Source: Phyllosticta citribraziliensis (lineage: Eukaryota). Taken from it: a stretch of 64,000 bases of DNA. The position numbers were made by a program, and so were the translations under genes. The first letter of the stretch is position 1, and each line of letters begins with the position of its first letter. The notes below the pieces were generated by a model. It was not told where the DNA came from and did no database searches. It saw nothing but the letters and a program-made list of their open reading frames with translations. Location: contig NW_027117350.1 of the NCBI RefSeq assembly GCF_038025025.1, forward strand, positions 62,001-126,000, in the 5' to 3' direction. Shown piece after piece: positions 51,694-64,000 of this stretch.

Positions 51694-54600
51694 CCAGTCG
51701 CTGGCAGGCCCATGGCCATGGCCCTGCACCCTCTCTACTGTGGTGGTTGTCAAGTCTCGCTCTGCTCTGGTCTGCTCGCCCGGCCAACAGAGAATGCGCA
51801 GCGGTCAGGCCGAAATTGGACGTGCAGAGAGAGTCGTCAGGTCAGGTCGTGGTGACTGATTGGCTGGGGCGACACGACAGCTTGGGAGAGAGAGAGAGAG
51901 ACGAATTGGGAGACGAGATAATATGGGAAATTGTGGGACGTGGGGCCAATCACGTCGGGCAGCGGGTTTCAGGGAGGCAGGTCTGGTCATGCGGGCGGCT
52001 GAGATTTCCGTCCGACAGGCCGACGTGGACGTGGACTGGCCGTCGACGTGGTTGACCGGCCGCATGACTAGCCCCCCTCCCCAATCCGGCACCGATCGCC
52101 CCCCCAGCGGAACCGACGCGACGCTCTCGAATTTTCCACGCCTTATCGATACATGTACTGTGCACTTCGTACAGTACATGACTCGGGCGGGTCCGTCACT
52201 TGCCGCCGTCGCGACTAGACTCTGCCATCGAAACACGTTGCTGCCAACAGAACCTAACCGAGCCCAGCCTCACCGCGCACAGATTGCCGTGGACCCGCGC
52301 GAAACACGCTCAACCTGTCGAGTGTCCTCTTCTGGACCTACGCTTCGCCACCGGCTCGTGTCCATCGTTATTTTTTGACTCTGCCCCATTGCGTGCTTGG
52401 CTGCCACGACTGCTGCTCTCGCCTCCAGGGTTGCCCCCATCCCCCTCCCCTCGCCTCCCCTCCCCTCCACACTGCCATGCCCGCTGACGTTACTCACTCG
52501 TCGCAATCGCAAACCACCATCGCATTAACATGGTGTCCTCCCACTCTGAAGCTGCACCCCCGCCCAGGCCTGACGCCAACCGTCGCCAAAACCTAAAATT
52601 CTGCTTCCAACCAAGGGTCCTCTTTTTTTAATTTTTCCTTCTTCTTCTTCTCATGCATCCATCGCAAACAAAAGGCCTGCTGCTCTTGCTTTTGCTTTTG
52701 GCTCTCGCTGCGCCTATTGCTGCCCCCAATTGCTTCGCCGCCAATGGTGCGCCCCGTCACGACAGGGTCAAGAGTCAGCAAGAGGTTGGAACGTACCTCC
52801 ATGTCTCTTCTCCCCGACTCGTCCATGCATTGCAGGTGGCGGGTGGAAGCGACTCGTCCGTTCACTCTGCACTCTGCACTCTGCACCCTACAACTTCACG
52901 TCATGTCTTGCCACGCCCTCCCACCCGCGCCTTGCGGCTGATTCGCCTTGGCTGTGAACACTCTGCTGCTGTTGCTGCATCTCTCGCAAGTCCAAGCAGA
53001 CGCTCCCACACGAGGCTGAGTCGGTCCAACCCTCATGCGGTTTGTCTGACATCCGCCAAAGAGACGACGCTTCCCGTGTGTCGCATTCCATGCCCGAGGT
53101 CCACCCACCCTGAGCAAGACGGCCCTGAATTTCCAGTCATCGTGAGATTTTGTCCCGGTCCACCTGCACCATCAGGGAGTGCGCGTTGCAAACCCGGTCA
53201 GCTTCCCACCATCCGTCCGAATAGAGTTTGCTCGTCTATCTAGTTTGCCCTGCTACTGCCGCTTCCCTGACTCAGCACCGTGTCTATTACTCAAAGCTTG
53301 CCCACCTGCCCGGCCACTCCACGTTTTGATTGGCGACCGTCGACACTGAGTTGCGGTACGGAAAAGTCAAGACCTGCCGTTTCACCTTCCGTCATTGCCA
53401 ACACGCGCCTCGCGATACGTCTCAGCTTCCGCCGATGCGCTCGCTGTCTTTTAGACTTTCATCACCCCAACCAATATCGGCCCTTATGCTCCATCCAACT
53501 CTCCGACCTGTCAGACGCTGCGGAACCGCCATGTATGTAGTCGTCGAGGCTGACCGTGTCCTCACACCTCTGATGGCCTTGTGTGAGTCTGCCCGGCATC
53601 CGCCGCTGCCAACCCTCACTGTGCAAATCGTGACCATCCATCTCGGCGGCCGCTCCCTCTCATCGGCGAGGGAATATCAACCAACGTCATCACGTGAGAA
53701 AAGCTTGCTGGGTGGTTCGTTCTCGTCAGGCCAGATCATGCCGCTGAGCTTGCCGGAGCCGCTCGTAGTCATGGTCATCACCAGCCTGGAGCATGTCGAC
53801 TGTACGCGCGCCATTTATTGAATGTCTCGTCTTTGAACGCGATTGATCAAAGGTCACGTTGTCAATTCTACGGGCAGTGCCGCCCTTACCAAGACTCCCA
53901 GTGCTTGCTGTCTTGGCCGTCCCAAGCAAGCGTGTCATCGTCAAGCTTCCCGAGCGGACTGAGGATGAATTAAAGTTTGCACAGACTACACGGCGAAATT
54001 TGGCGTCGTGTTAACTACGGAACCCCAAGAAACCATAAATTCGGCACCGAAATTAGACTGACCCAAATTTAGGGGACCCGAGAGAGCAGAGACTACCGCC
54101 GTCAATGTGAAAGGAGCATCCTGCGCTCCTGCGTGCGCTCCTGATCAGCCGTTTGGGTGGAAGGGGTACTGGTGTTCCTTCGGCATGGAATCTGCTTGGT
54201 GCCATTCACGACTCCAAACGATCCGGAAGGCCACAGTCGACCAACATCAGCCGTCGACGTCGAAGCCGGGCATGGGGGCAGCCAAGGCCAATCGGCCGGG
54301 GCTACCAAGAGCCTCAATATCGACTCGACTTGTCAGAAGTGCACTTGCCACAGCATATTTACCTAACCTGCTACCAACATGCCACTGCTTGGATGACAGA
54401 CCCTGTGCTCACGACCGCCGAGCCAATGAGATGTCTCAATCGAACCAATGTTGCGGGAGCTCCCGTCAGACGTCTCGACCGTGTTCCAACATGCAATATT
54501 CCAGCTGCAACCACATTTGCCATACCCAGTGTGCGTCAATAGGCGCCAGGAGTGCCGTCAGTCGTCACCGCCGGCAAAGACGGCTCTGATCAAACAAGTG

Positions 54601-55480
54601 GAAGCGCTCTATCGATAGCGGGTGCTAGACGGTCCCGCAATTGCTGAAGCGTGGTGAGCGCCACTCGCAGCCTCCTTCGGCCAGCGACCTCCACGCACGC
54701 GGTGCCAACATCACGACTACCCCTGCCCCTAGCGAAGCAGCCGGGTAGATCTTTGATCCTCTTGGCCGAACCAAAAACCTCCGTTCACCTTCTCGCCTGA
54801 TGCAAGCGTCGACGATCTGCTCGTGGAGCGGGTGGGACGCTTCCTTTGCTCCACCCTCTCCAAGGATCCGCATAAACCCAAGTCGGGGTCCTCGATCCTG
54901 CGCGGCCTCGTCGTTGGTGGACATGTAATTATAGTGACACAGATTGCTGCAGCGGGGAAAAAGTGGATGGATGGAGGCCTGTTGGCGCGTCCTCGATCGA
55001 GGAAGGTGAGAGAAGCCCCCCGTTGTGCGAGTTGGGGGGTGACGATGACGTTCTCGGCTTGTCTCCGGGTCGCATCGCACCCGCAACTCCATCTGCACCT
55101 CATCTTCGTCACCGCATCCATCACACTGCCTGGCAGCCAACAGCAGCACAACTGCAGTCATCGCTCATCCGTGGCAAAGATCAAGCGCGCGGGCAAAGAA
55201 TCAGATTCTACAGCACTGCACATCTTTTCCGTGTCTTCGACAACATCAGCCTCGACAAAGCAGCACTGGCTTCTCCACACGTCATCATCAGTCGCCTGTC
55301 ATCCCGTTCACACACAGTCAGCTCCACACCCACCTCAGCTTCCCGCAAGTTGGATTCTGCCAAAACATTGTGGGAAGTCGTCTCCATCATCAGGTGAGCA
55401 TGCCGTGGGCGCCCAACCTTCAGCTCCGCCGGGCAACCCACTGAGCCGGCCTTGGGGATTTTCATTCTTTGCCACCCTTC

Positions 55481-56809
55481 ATGATGCAACACAATGGACC
55501 CTCCCGCAAGCGCGCCTTTCACAATCATCGGGAGCTGCTGCGCCACGGTGAGAATCTCAATCTCCGCCGCCATCGCCTCCCAGGTCCCTTGCCCTTCCTG
55601 AATCCAACGCGCGTCCATGTTGCCCTCGAATACAACCAGCACCAGGGGCAAGGCGCCGTTGACGCGGTCTACTACAAGTGGACCTCTCGCAACAATCGCA
55701 AGGGGCGTCATGCCTTGCGTCTAGACAAGTCCACCTTGGAGGATGCCAGAGGCGTGCAAGTTCTACGACTATTGCCACAGCCACCGGGCCATCGCTCTGG
55801 CGTCGCCTGTGCTTTGGCTCGCGCCTGCTGTATGTTTCCAGTCTGGGACATTTCGTACCTGGTGGCATTGATCTTCACCGCCGGCAGGGTCATTTGGGTC
55901 ATCAACGGCTTCTTCGTCTTTCTCCCGCTGATCATGCCGTCATCCGAATTCCACAACGAAATTCTGTCTGGCGGTGGGATTACTGCATTCACAGGCGCAA
56001 CTATTTTTGAAATCAGCTCGATCTTGCTGATGCTCGAAGCTGTCAATGAGAATCGGACGGGCTGCTTCGGCTGGGCACTGTCGATTGTCTTGGATCAACA
56101 TGGTCCCAACCATTCTTCTTCTCAGCCAGCTTTGGATGGTGAGAAAAGCATACACATGGTGCAGCTCACTCCAAAGCGCAGTACATGTGAGCATCACCAC
56201 GCGAATAGCCGTAACCTGGTAGGTCAGGATCAGCATGGCGCCTCAACCAACAGCGAACTCGAAAATGAAAAATCTTGGTGCTGGTTCCCTTCGTGCACCC
56301 AACTGCGCACTCACTACGCGTACGAGCTGGGCTTTTGGGCGTGCTTGATCCAACTCGTGGCAGCCACCATTTTCTGGGTTGCCGGCTTCGCGGCATTGCC
56401 AGGCGTACACAACCACATGTCCGACGGCGTGATCGACGGCGTGTACTGGACGCCACAAGTCGTGGGCGGCCTCGGCTTCGTCGCCTCAGGGTTCCTCTTC
56501 ATGCTGGATACGCAGACGCACTGGTGGAAGTCAGCCCTCGGTCAATTGGGGTGGCACGTTGGGGCGTGGAACATGGTTGGGGGCGTCGGCTTCACGCTCA
56601 GCCCTGCGTTTGGCTACGACATGGCGGCTACCTGGCCACAGTACCAGGCCGCATGCAGCACCTTTTGGGGCAGCTGGGCGTTTCTAGTCGGCAGTTTGCT
56701 GCAGTACTATGAGAGCCTGGAAAAGCATCCGGTCGAGGCCAGGCGCGCTAGCCCGAAGAGCAACATGGCGGATCAAGAGGCCAATCTTGACCTGAACTCT
56801 GGAGAGTAG
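55481..56809 (+). CDS. Conserved fungal integral membrane protein (~7-8 TM, unknown function)
   Basis: Single long ORF with YKWTSRNNRKGRH, FPVWDISY, EAVNENRTGCFGWA, YWTPQVVGGLGF, GWHVGAWN and TFWGSWAFL, and several hydrophobic segments. Confidence 0.8.
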   Translation: MMQHNGPSRKRAFHNHRELLRHGENLNLRRHRLPGPLPFLNPTRVHVALEYNQHQGQGAVDAVYYKWTSRNNRKGRHALRLDKSTLEDARGVQVLRLLPQPPGHRSGVACALARACCMFPVWDISYLVALIFTAGRVIWVINGFFVFLPLIMPSSEFHNEILSGGGITAFTGATIFEISSILLMLEAVNENRTGCFGWALSIVLDQHGPNHSSSQPALDGEKSIHMVQLTPKRSTCEHHHANSRNLVGQDQHGASTNSELENEKSWCWFPSCTQLRTHYAYELGFWACLIQLVAATIFWVAGFAALPGVHNHMSDGVIDGVYWTPQVVGGLGFVASGFLFMLDTQTHWWKSALGQLGWHVGAWNMVGGVGFTLSPAFGYDMAATWPQYQAACSTFWGSWAFLVGSLLQYYESLEKHPVEARRASPKSNMADQEANLDLNSGE

Positions 56810-57647
56810 GTGTTCTTTAGTCATATCGACGGCCCTTTCCGCCACGCGCCCACCCAACACTCGACTGACCGGAATCGATTCAAGGTGCCGGCCATGACCT
56901 GACATGATGGTCTGATTATTGCCACCGCCGCCGCCGCCGCCGCGTCAACGGTCTTGTACTCAGACACGGCAACACGATCAATCAGCCAGCTCCCCAAAAG
57001 CAAATAGCAAGTAACCATCGACTGACTGACTGACCGGAACCCGCAGATGTGTGAGGACGTCCAGGGAGTCTCGACGGACTCTCGGCATCAGCATGAACCC
57101 CGCGCGCCTTCCACAAAGGACAGACAGGGCTGGCGAGCTTGGGCTGCAAAGCGTAAGCAGACATTGCTCAAAAGCAAAGAAGTCGCATGGAACGAGGATT
57201 TCTTGCATCTTTCTTCTTTCTCGCTCGTCCCGTCCGCCCTCGTGTGAGGTCTTGCGTTGCCTCCGCTTCTGAGAGGCATGATTTTCTTGTTTCGCGGCTT
57301 CCTGTCCTGCTCGAGTCCAGCAAGGGGTGTGGGGGAGTTTGCAGAAGGTCGCGTTTCGATTCATGCTGGAACAATCACATGGCCGGGGCATCCAATGGAG
57401 TAGCCATCAGCTGGCGCCAAAAGTACTTGTAAGTTGTGGTGATGATGGTGATTCGAGTGGGATATGTCCTTTGCTCTCGTCAGAAAGATGGCACTGTGTC
57501 GGCACTCATGGCACCGCGAACTCTTCCCTTGGTACCAGCTTGCAGCGATCGAAATATTTACGGTGGAAGACTAGGAACGAAGCTACACTATGCAAATGCA
57601 TTTTTCAATCCTCATTACCCCTCCGCCAAGTTGGCAAATTGCATTAA

Positions 57648-59561
57648 TCAATCCCTGCGCCAAAACTTGAGACGAATACCACCATTCGGTCTCTTTTCTC
57701 CGTGCACCTCGGGCGAAGACGAATCACTGTCAAACTGCTCGGCATCGGGGAGGGACTGCTCGTCGGTGAGCCTGGGGTTGCGCAACACGAGGCCAAAGAA
57801 GATGAGCAGCACCGAGAGACCGATGCCGGCGATGCAGAGATAGCGCTGGACGGTGCGGTACGCGGCGATGGTTGCGTCGCGCTGGGGGGTGCCGGGAGGG
57901 TACTTTGCGGCCCAAGTCAGGGGGTCGCCGTAGACGGTCGTCGCGTCGGCGTCGCCCAGGCCGTTTTTGAGCTCGCTGGGCAGAATCTGCGACCATATGG
58001 CGCCCGAGACGCACGCGCCCAGCGCGGACCCGATGTTGTACATGCCCAGGAAGAGTCCCGTCACGATGGCGACGTGCTCGTGCCGCGTGGCCGCCTGGAT
58101 GGACGCCTGCGCTGGGTACGGGAATAGCCCGCCAGCGATGCCTAGCAGGACTTGCGCACCGACGATGCCGCTGTGCCCGCTCTCGCCGCCTCGGTAGTAA
58201 ATGAGGAGCCCGAAGGAGACCATCCAGAGACAGGTTCCGAAGACGATAAAGGGCTTGAGGCGCCGCACTTTGAAGACGACGACACCCAGGAGCCATCCCG
58301 TCAGCACTGAGCAAAAGCTGTATAGCGAAATGATGCGCGTGGCGCTCTTGATCGACTCGTTAAAGGCAACTATCAGGACCGTGTAGAGATAGTCAGACTG
58401 CATCATCCAGGTCCAGTTGAGCATCAGGGCGATGCCGAGAGCGCCCCAGACGGCGCGGTCCTTGAGGAGCTTGAATGGGATCAGGGGGTGGACTGCCTTC
58501 ATCTCCCACCAAACGAAGCCGGGAATGCAGCAAAAGCCTACGACGAGCGGAGCGATGATGTGGCCATCTTGCCATTTGCTCGAGACACCTCCGGCCAGCG
58601 TCAGGGGGACGAGCAGAAGAGCAAAGACTGCAATCATGAGAACGATGCCAATCGTGTCCAGTTGCCAAAAGAGGGCGTTGACAAGACCACGGCCGCCAAG
58701 GATTTGGAACGGCGTCTTGTAGCCGGCAAGGTCTCCAGATTTCGTAGCTCGCCGATGAGCTATCTGCAGGGCGGCCATAAGGGGAATGGCACTGACTGGG
58801 TAGATTATGGCCCACATGCCGACGCCCCATTGCCAAGTCGTCGTCTTGAGAGTTGATGAAGTGATGTCTCCACTGACCCACGTGTTGATGAGGGCTGGAG
58901 TTGCTGGAATGTACGAGAAGAAAAGACGAGAACGCAAAGACGTCACATCAGCGATGATCACTTCGACGAGGAGAATTACAAAGGTGTAGCCAATCTGGAA
59001 TCGTCAGCTCGTATTCACACTTGAGATCGGCAGGACGCACCTGGTAAAAGACGGCGCCAGCGGCAAAGGTGGAAACATTGGTGGCAGCGGCTTCGATGAT
59101 GGTTCCAAGGACGTAGAAGAAGATGGAAACGAGCACCAGCTCGACACGGCCAAAAACGTCGGCAATCTTTGATGCGGTGGGTTGGCCTGCGGCAGCAATG
59201 ACGCTTCGGAGAACATTGACGGATGCGAGGAGACTGTGTTGGCTAAAGGAAGCAGTTGCAGTTGTCTACGTCGAATCAGCTGGGTGGAATTCGAATTGGA
59301 TCATGTCCGACTTACTTGATATGTCGAGCGGACGGAAGCATCAAGGGAGTATGCATATGCGATCAGGAACACGCCAATGAAGAGGAAGACGCGGTCAAAC
59401 AGGGTCAAGTGGGCAGATATGGCCTCGATGCGCTTGACACCAGGACTCGTCGCCCCCAGTAATTGGAGCTCATGGTGGTCAGAAGAGGGGGCCTTGGCGT
59501 CGACGTGCTTGGAGTCGTGGTCGACGAAGTCGGGAGGGGTAGGGGCAGGGTCGGAGGCCAT
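57648..59561 (-). CDS. SIT1: Siderophore-iron MFS transporter (Sit1/Arn/MirB family), 3 exons
   Basis: [54 protein letters not shown], 14-TM pattern. Introns 59266-59315 and 58995-59040. Confidence 0.92.
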
Positions 59562-60347
59562 GTTCTAGTGCAACCAAGACGCAGGGCGAAGGAAGGAGGG
59601 AATTGGATGGCCTTTTCAATCCATTCCGCTAGGTAGGTTTATGACGTGTCAGAGCAGCGACGGACGAGGGCGAGGCTGAACGCCATGCGTCGACTGAGTT
59701 CAAAATTTTCGGGCTGGGCATTGCCATGACCTTGTTCAATGGCGCATGAGCGTGAGGCCGTACACAGACACACGGGAGAATGGCAGACCCGCGAAGGGAA
59801 AGTCCCTCATGCAGCCTCTGATTAGATTGATCTAATCGACCAATCTCCACGTCTCTCGGCAGGCATGCTCCCTGAATGCCCAGAGAAAATGTCCGTAGGC
59901 GCGGGATGAGGGCTCGGCGTGGCCGACGAGCGGAACTTTGTTGCTGCTCTCGGGGCTGATGTTCGACTCGACTGTCGCTGCTGATTGGGCCGTGTTGTTC
60001 TCATCACGAGCTCTCAGCGGAGAAAAGACTCGAAGGAGCTGAAGAGTCGCCGCTCTGGTGGCTGTGGAACTTCCAAAAAAGATGGCAAAGTAGCGGTGTT
60101 CCAAGCAACCAAGGAGGCTGCCCAGACCTGAGGAACCGGAAGTTGATGGAGAGCCCACGTGACCCGATGCCGGCGTTGAATTGAGTGCCTGAGTGCCTGA
60201 GGTGTGCGAGCGAGAGCCTCGGCCCAGCGAGCGGCCCAGCCCGACATTGGTTCAGTTGGATGGACATGGTCGTCACATCATAGCTTCTGCGCGCGACCAA
60301 CACCACCATCTCTCTCCATGACTTTTTGACCTGCGCCCTCTATCAAA

Positions 60348-61667
60348 ATGGTCCGCGAGGACCTCATCAGCTCCGCTGTGAGTCGCACCTCTTCCGCACC
60401 AGCTCTACCCCTCTAACCCGCCATAGGTCACTTGTAAGACCTGCTAGTTCCCACCCACTTTTCCATGCCGTCTCACTCTGCGCAGTCCTTCAGGACCCTT
60501 CGGTCGCAAGCGCCCCCGTCGAAAAGCGAATCGCCTTCCTACAGTCGAAAAATCTCACCCAAGATGAGATTGATGCCGCTCTAGCCCGCGCAGGCGACGG
60601 CGCTCCAGCGTCGGGGCCAGCTCCGAATACGTCGAGCACACCACCACAGAGCTATGCCTACCAGCAACCTCCGCCACCGCCGCCTGGCTATGGCGCGTAT
60701 CCGTCTTACTGGCAGCAACCTCCGCCACCGTAGGTCCATGACCTGTTGGAGTGGTCGCCCAATTTTGCGGTCTGGAAATTCAGATGGCTGACATGCCGGG
60801 ATGATAGGGTGCCAAAGCGCGACTGGCGAGACTGGTTCATAATGGCTACAGTCATGGGTGGAGTAGGATATGGACTATACTTCACTGCAAAGGTACGCGT
60901 CCTCGCATGTTGCGCACAGCTGGACATGCGCTGATTCCATCCAGCGTTACATTTACCCGCTTATTGCGCCGCCTACGCCACCCCAACTCGAACAAGACAA
61001 GACTGCCGTCGATGAATCATTCAACAAGGCATTTGCACTCCTCGAGCAGCTCAACACGGATACTTCCGCCCTCAAGTCTGCCGAAGAAGACCGCACGAAG
61101 CGCCTCGACTCCTCCATCTCCGACATGGAGACAGCCATGGAGGGATTGAAAGAATCATTGAGGCGGCGGGATGGCGACAGTCGAAGGCTGGAGGATGACG
61201 TCAAAAGCCTCCGCGACCTCATTCCCAAGGCTCTCGAATCGCACAAGGAAAGCACCGACAATAGATTGAAGGATCTATCCCAGGAGCTTAAGAGCCTGAA
61301 GACCTTGGTAGGCAACCGTATGGGAGGCGCTGCCAGCATCCAAGCGCCTCCCTCGCGCCCTGGCTCTGTGACGTATGGGGGAACAGGCATCCCTTCGACC
61401 AACGGGAGCGGCTCACCGGGTACATCTTCGCCTGTCGGTGTTCCTGGTGGCAGCGGCTTGGGCATTCCCCAAGATGCTCCGCAAACAAGTTCGCCAGCCC
61501 CGACTCCAGGCGCTGCCAACACAACTGCATCTACTCCGTACAGTAACAGATTTACCAGTGGGAGAGCATCAATTCCCGCATGGCAGATGGCGGCTTCGAA
61601 GAAAAACGAGGAAAAGAAGGACACATCCGAAAGCGGAACTGTTACTGAGGCTAGTCCCGGAACTTGA
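60348..61667 (+). CDS. PEX14: Peroxin Pex14, 5 exons
   Basis: Spliced N-terminus MVREDLISSA|VT|FLQDPSVASAPVEKRIAFLQSKNLT, RDWRDWFIMAT, coiled coil, IPAWQMA. Exons 60348-60377, 60427-60433, 60486-60729, 60808-60892 and 60945-61667. Confidence 0.95.
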
Positions 61668-63018
61668 AAAATGCGTGGTTCTAGTCAACTTGGGATTTTT
61701 TGCGGCACGGGACGTTTTGGCGTTTGGTGAACCACCGTTCAGAATGGAATGCACTTTGGGATCAAGAACTACAAATCAAGTGATGCTGTAGAAATCAGCA
61801 GATATCGTGCCGACACACAACACGCCCGCCACTTTCACGCTAGCCAAGACATTTGGCAGATACCAAGTTGGAATCATTTCTATCCTTCACCCCCGTGGAG
61901 AGTAGTCTTGTCTTGGAATTCGCTAATATGAATTTACGCAGTACTTTGCCAAACAACTTGACCTGCCTGGAAATGCGCTCGAAGCACCCAAACCATAAAT
62001 CAGCGAAGATCATCTGTCACCTCTGGCAAAGATTCTTGAAGAACACAGCAGTGCTTTTCGCAGGGACTTACTCTCCGTTCGCAGCTGATGCAAAGAGAGT
62101 CACGGCAATTTGCTGTGACGCTGCTTGTCGGTAACTCCTTATCACTGATGTACGCCCAATCACCACCGTGCAAGTCAAGAGCACGGATCCTCGATCCGGT
62201 GTTGCGCATTGGACGCCAGTTCAAGAACTCCTCTTTTCTTGAAAGTCCAACCAGGCTCTTTTGATACGCTGCTGAAACTGGGCGGTTTCTATTGACATGA
62301 TCCCAAGGCTCATTGCAACAGCGGAACACTCTAATCGTCTCCTAGTTGTCTTCGGATTGGACGAAGCTGTTCTCTGGCACTTCCAAGTCCGTCCATATCC
62401 GCGCGGCGATAGATCTACAAAGCATACTTAGTTGCAACATGGTAAGGCTCCTGCTTTGCGCTTCATGAAGACGGGTTGACGAATAACCTCGGACCATCCG
62501 GTGGCGGATATCACCGGAAAATCTGGCGGTGGAAGAGTCCTGGGACTCTCGGGCAGGTCGACAATTCGTTGTCGGCCTACTCTCACAACGGACTTTGAAA
62601 AATCTGGACTATTGCCTGCCTCCGACAACAGCAAAAGGAGCTTGTTGTTGCTACAGTGGAACATGATGAATTTACTTGTAAGCGCGTTGGGAATCTAAGC
62701 GTAGTGAGCTAGAAGCTGCACTTTCTACAGCCTCCTCTTATGACGTATCCTCTAACTTGCAGGGTTAGTCTGCCCCCCGCATATATCAAAGAACAAGGCG
62801 TGCAAACTTTCTCTTACTCAGAGGTGGGGGCTCGTACGCACGAAATATTTGGGCGGGTACGAATACTTAGCGGGGTTTTGCTCAAGGGACAGCGGCTTGG
62901 GTTGCTATAAGCTTTTAAGCTAAATTCTCGGCCCACAGGTATCCGCCTCTTCAAACAACACATTTAACAGCAACACGCACAACACCTTCACTCCAAAATT
63001 TCGGTACCAGCTTTCACA

Positions 63019-64000
63019 ATGTTTCAAGACATACCAGTCACAGTCACATTTGTACTTGCGGCAGTTGTCGCGTGGGTGGCTTACTTCATATACAGACTTG
63101 CCAATGAGGAAATCAAGATAAGGCGCTACGGTGGACATGCACCGAGCATGCAAAAGTGGTGGGATCCTCTCGGTAATTCTGTTCCACCCTGAGGAACCTT
63201 GAACTGACGGGCAACAGGAGCTTCATTCATTTACGGGCTCACGTCCCATTCTCTCCGAGATGAGACGCTGGAATTTTTCCACGATCAGTTTTGTCTCAGT
63301 TCTCACGGGAGAAAACGCCCCTACAATTATGAAGTCAGATTGTGTGGAACGCGGCTCATCTTTACTGCCGACCCTGAAAATGTTAAAGCCATGTTATCAA
63401 CTCAATTCAACGACTACGGAAAGGGGGAGAAAATGAGACAAGATTGGCATGACCTGCTGGGCGAGAGTACGTTTTGTGATTCTTCCGCGAACTACATCGA
63501 CTGACAAAAACCCGCCAGGTATCCTGACTGCAGATGGGCAAAGCTGGCAGAAGTCACGCCAGATTGTGCGCACCTACTTTACCAAGCAAAGGATCAGCGA
63601 CCTAGAATGCTTCGAGAGACACATGCAACGTCTGTTACCGATGCTTAGTGAAGGTGGAGCCGTGGATGTCAAAGACCTCTTGTCCCGGTAAGTCGATCGA
63701 CCTACGGCCCCTGAGACGAATTAGAATTACCAACAGGAATCGGCTTGCAGCTTCGCTCTCGATGCTTCCGCGGAGTTTACCTTTGGCATCGATATCAACT
63801 CGCTTCACGAGCCCAAAACTGAATTTGCGAAGGCTTTTGAGACCATCCGCGCCACCCAAGCACTGATTGAACGCGCCGGGGCGTTCAACTTTCTGGTACG
63901 GCGTGGAGAGTTTCGACGTCAGGTCAAAGTCGCAAAAGACTTCATCGCACACTACGTCCAGGAAGCGTTGGCCCTCTCTCCTGAAGATTTGCAGGAGCGC
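63019..64000 (+). CDS. Cytochrome P450, CYP52-clan-like (5' part; runs off window)
   Basis: N-terminal TM anchor, IFTADPENVKAMLSTQFNDYGKG, LTADGQSWQKSRQIVR.YF, RISDLECFERH, FSLDASAEFTFG. Three GT-AG introns are visible. Confidence 0.9.

Noticed and set aside
59595..60255. HapX bipartite motif CSAAT-N12-RWT in the SIT1 promoter
   Set aside because: The CCAAT boxes inspected lack the RWT element at the required spacing.
62000..62664. Minus-strand ORFs between PEX14 and the P450
   Set aside because: Two out-of-frame short ORFs with non-ATG starts and no recognisable domain or coherent splice model. A pseudogene cannot be excluded.

Overview
Filamentous ascomycete (Pezizomycotina) genomic DNA with a sharp two-compartment structure. 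Bases 1-~27,300 are an AT-rich block almost devoid of CpA/TpG/CpG, i.e. destroyed by repeat-induced point mutation (RIP). It is a nest of dead elements: an unknown long ORF, a Helitron-like 3' end, a truncated Ty3/gypsy gag-PR-RT, two inverted LTRs of another gypsy family, a LINE RNase H/zinc-knuckle fragment, and one complete 12,036-bp chromoviral LTR retrotransposon (14786-26821; 165-bp LTRs; TAAAG TSD). That element is the most unusual object. Manual back-mutation suggests three oddities: (i) a ~700-codon N-terminal Gag extension carrying a J-domain-like YHPD...EAYDEL module; (ii) an extra ~870-codon ORF between pol and the 3' LTR; (iii) no polypurine tract, but a second, inverted tRNA primer-binding-site-like motif in its place. 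RIP survivors in it are strand-polarised. Bases ~27,300-64,000 are GC-balanced and gene-dense: SR kinase, GRIP golgin, zuotin, USP protein, GPR89, tRNA-Cys, GH17, PAQR, a PCI/CSN8-like protein, Ran1-like kinase, a membrane protein, a siderophore MFS transporter, PEX14 and a partial CYP52-clan P450. All de-RIP translations are by-eye inferences; no database searches were run.
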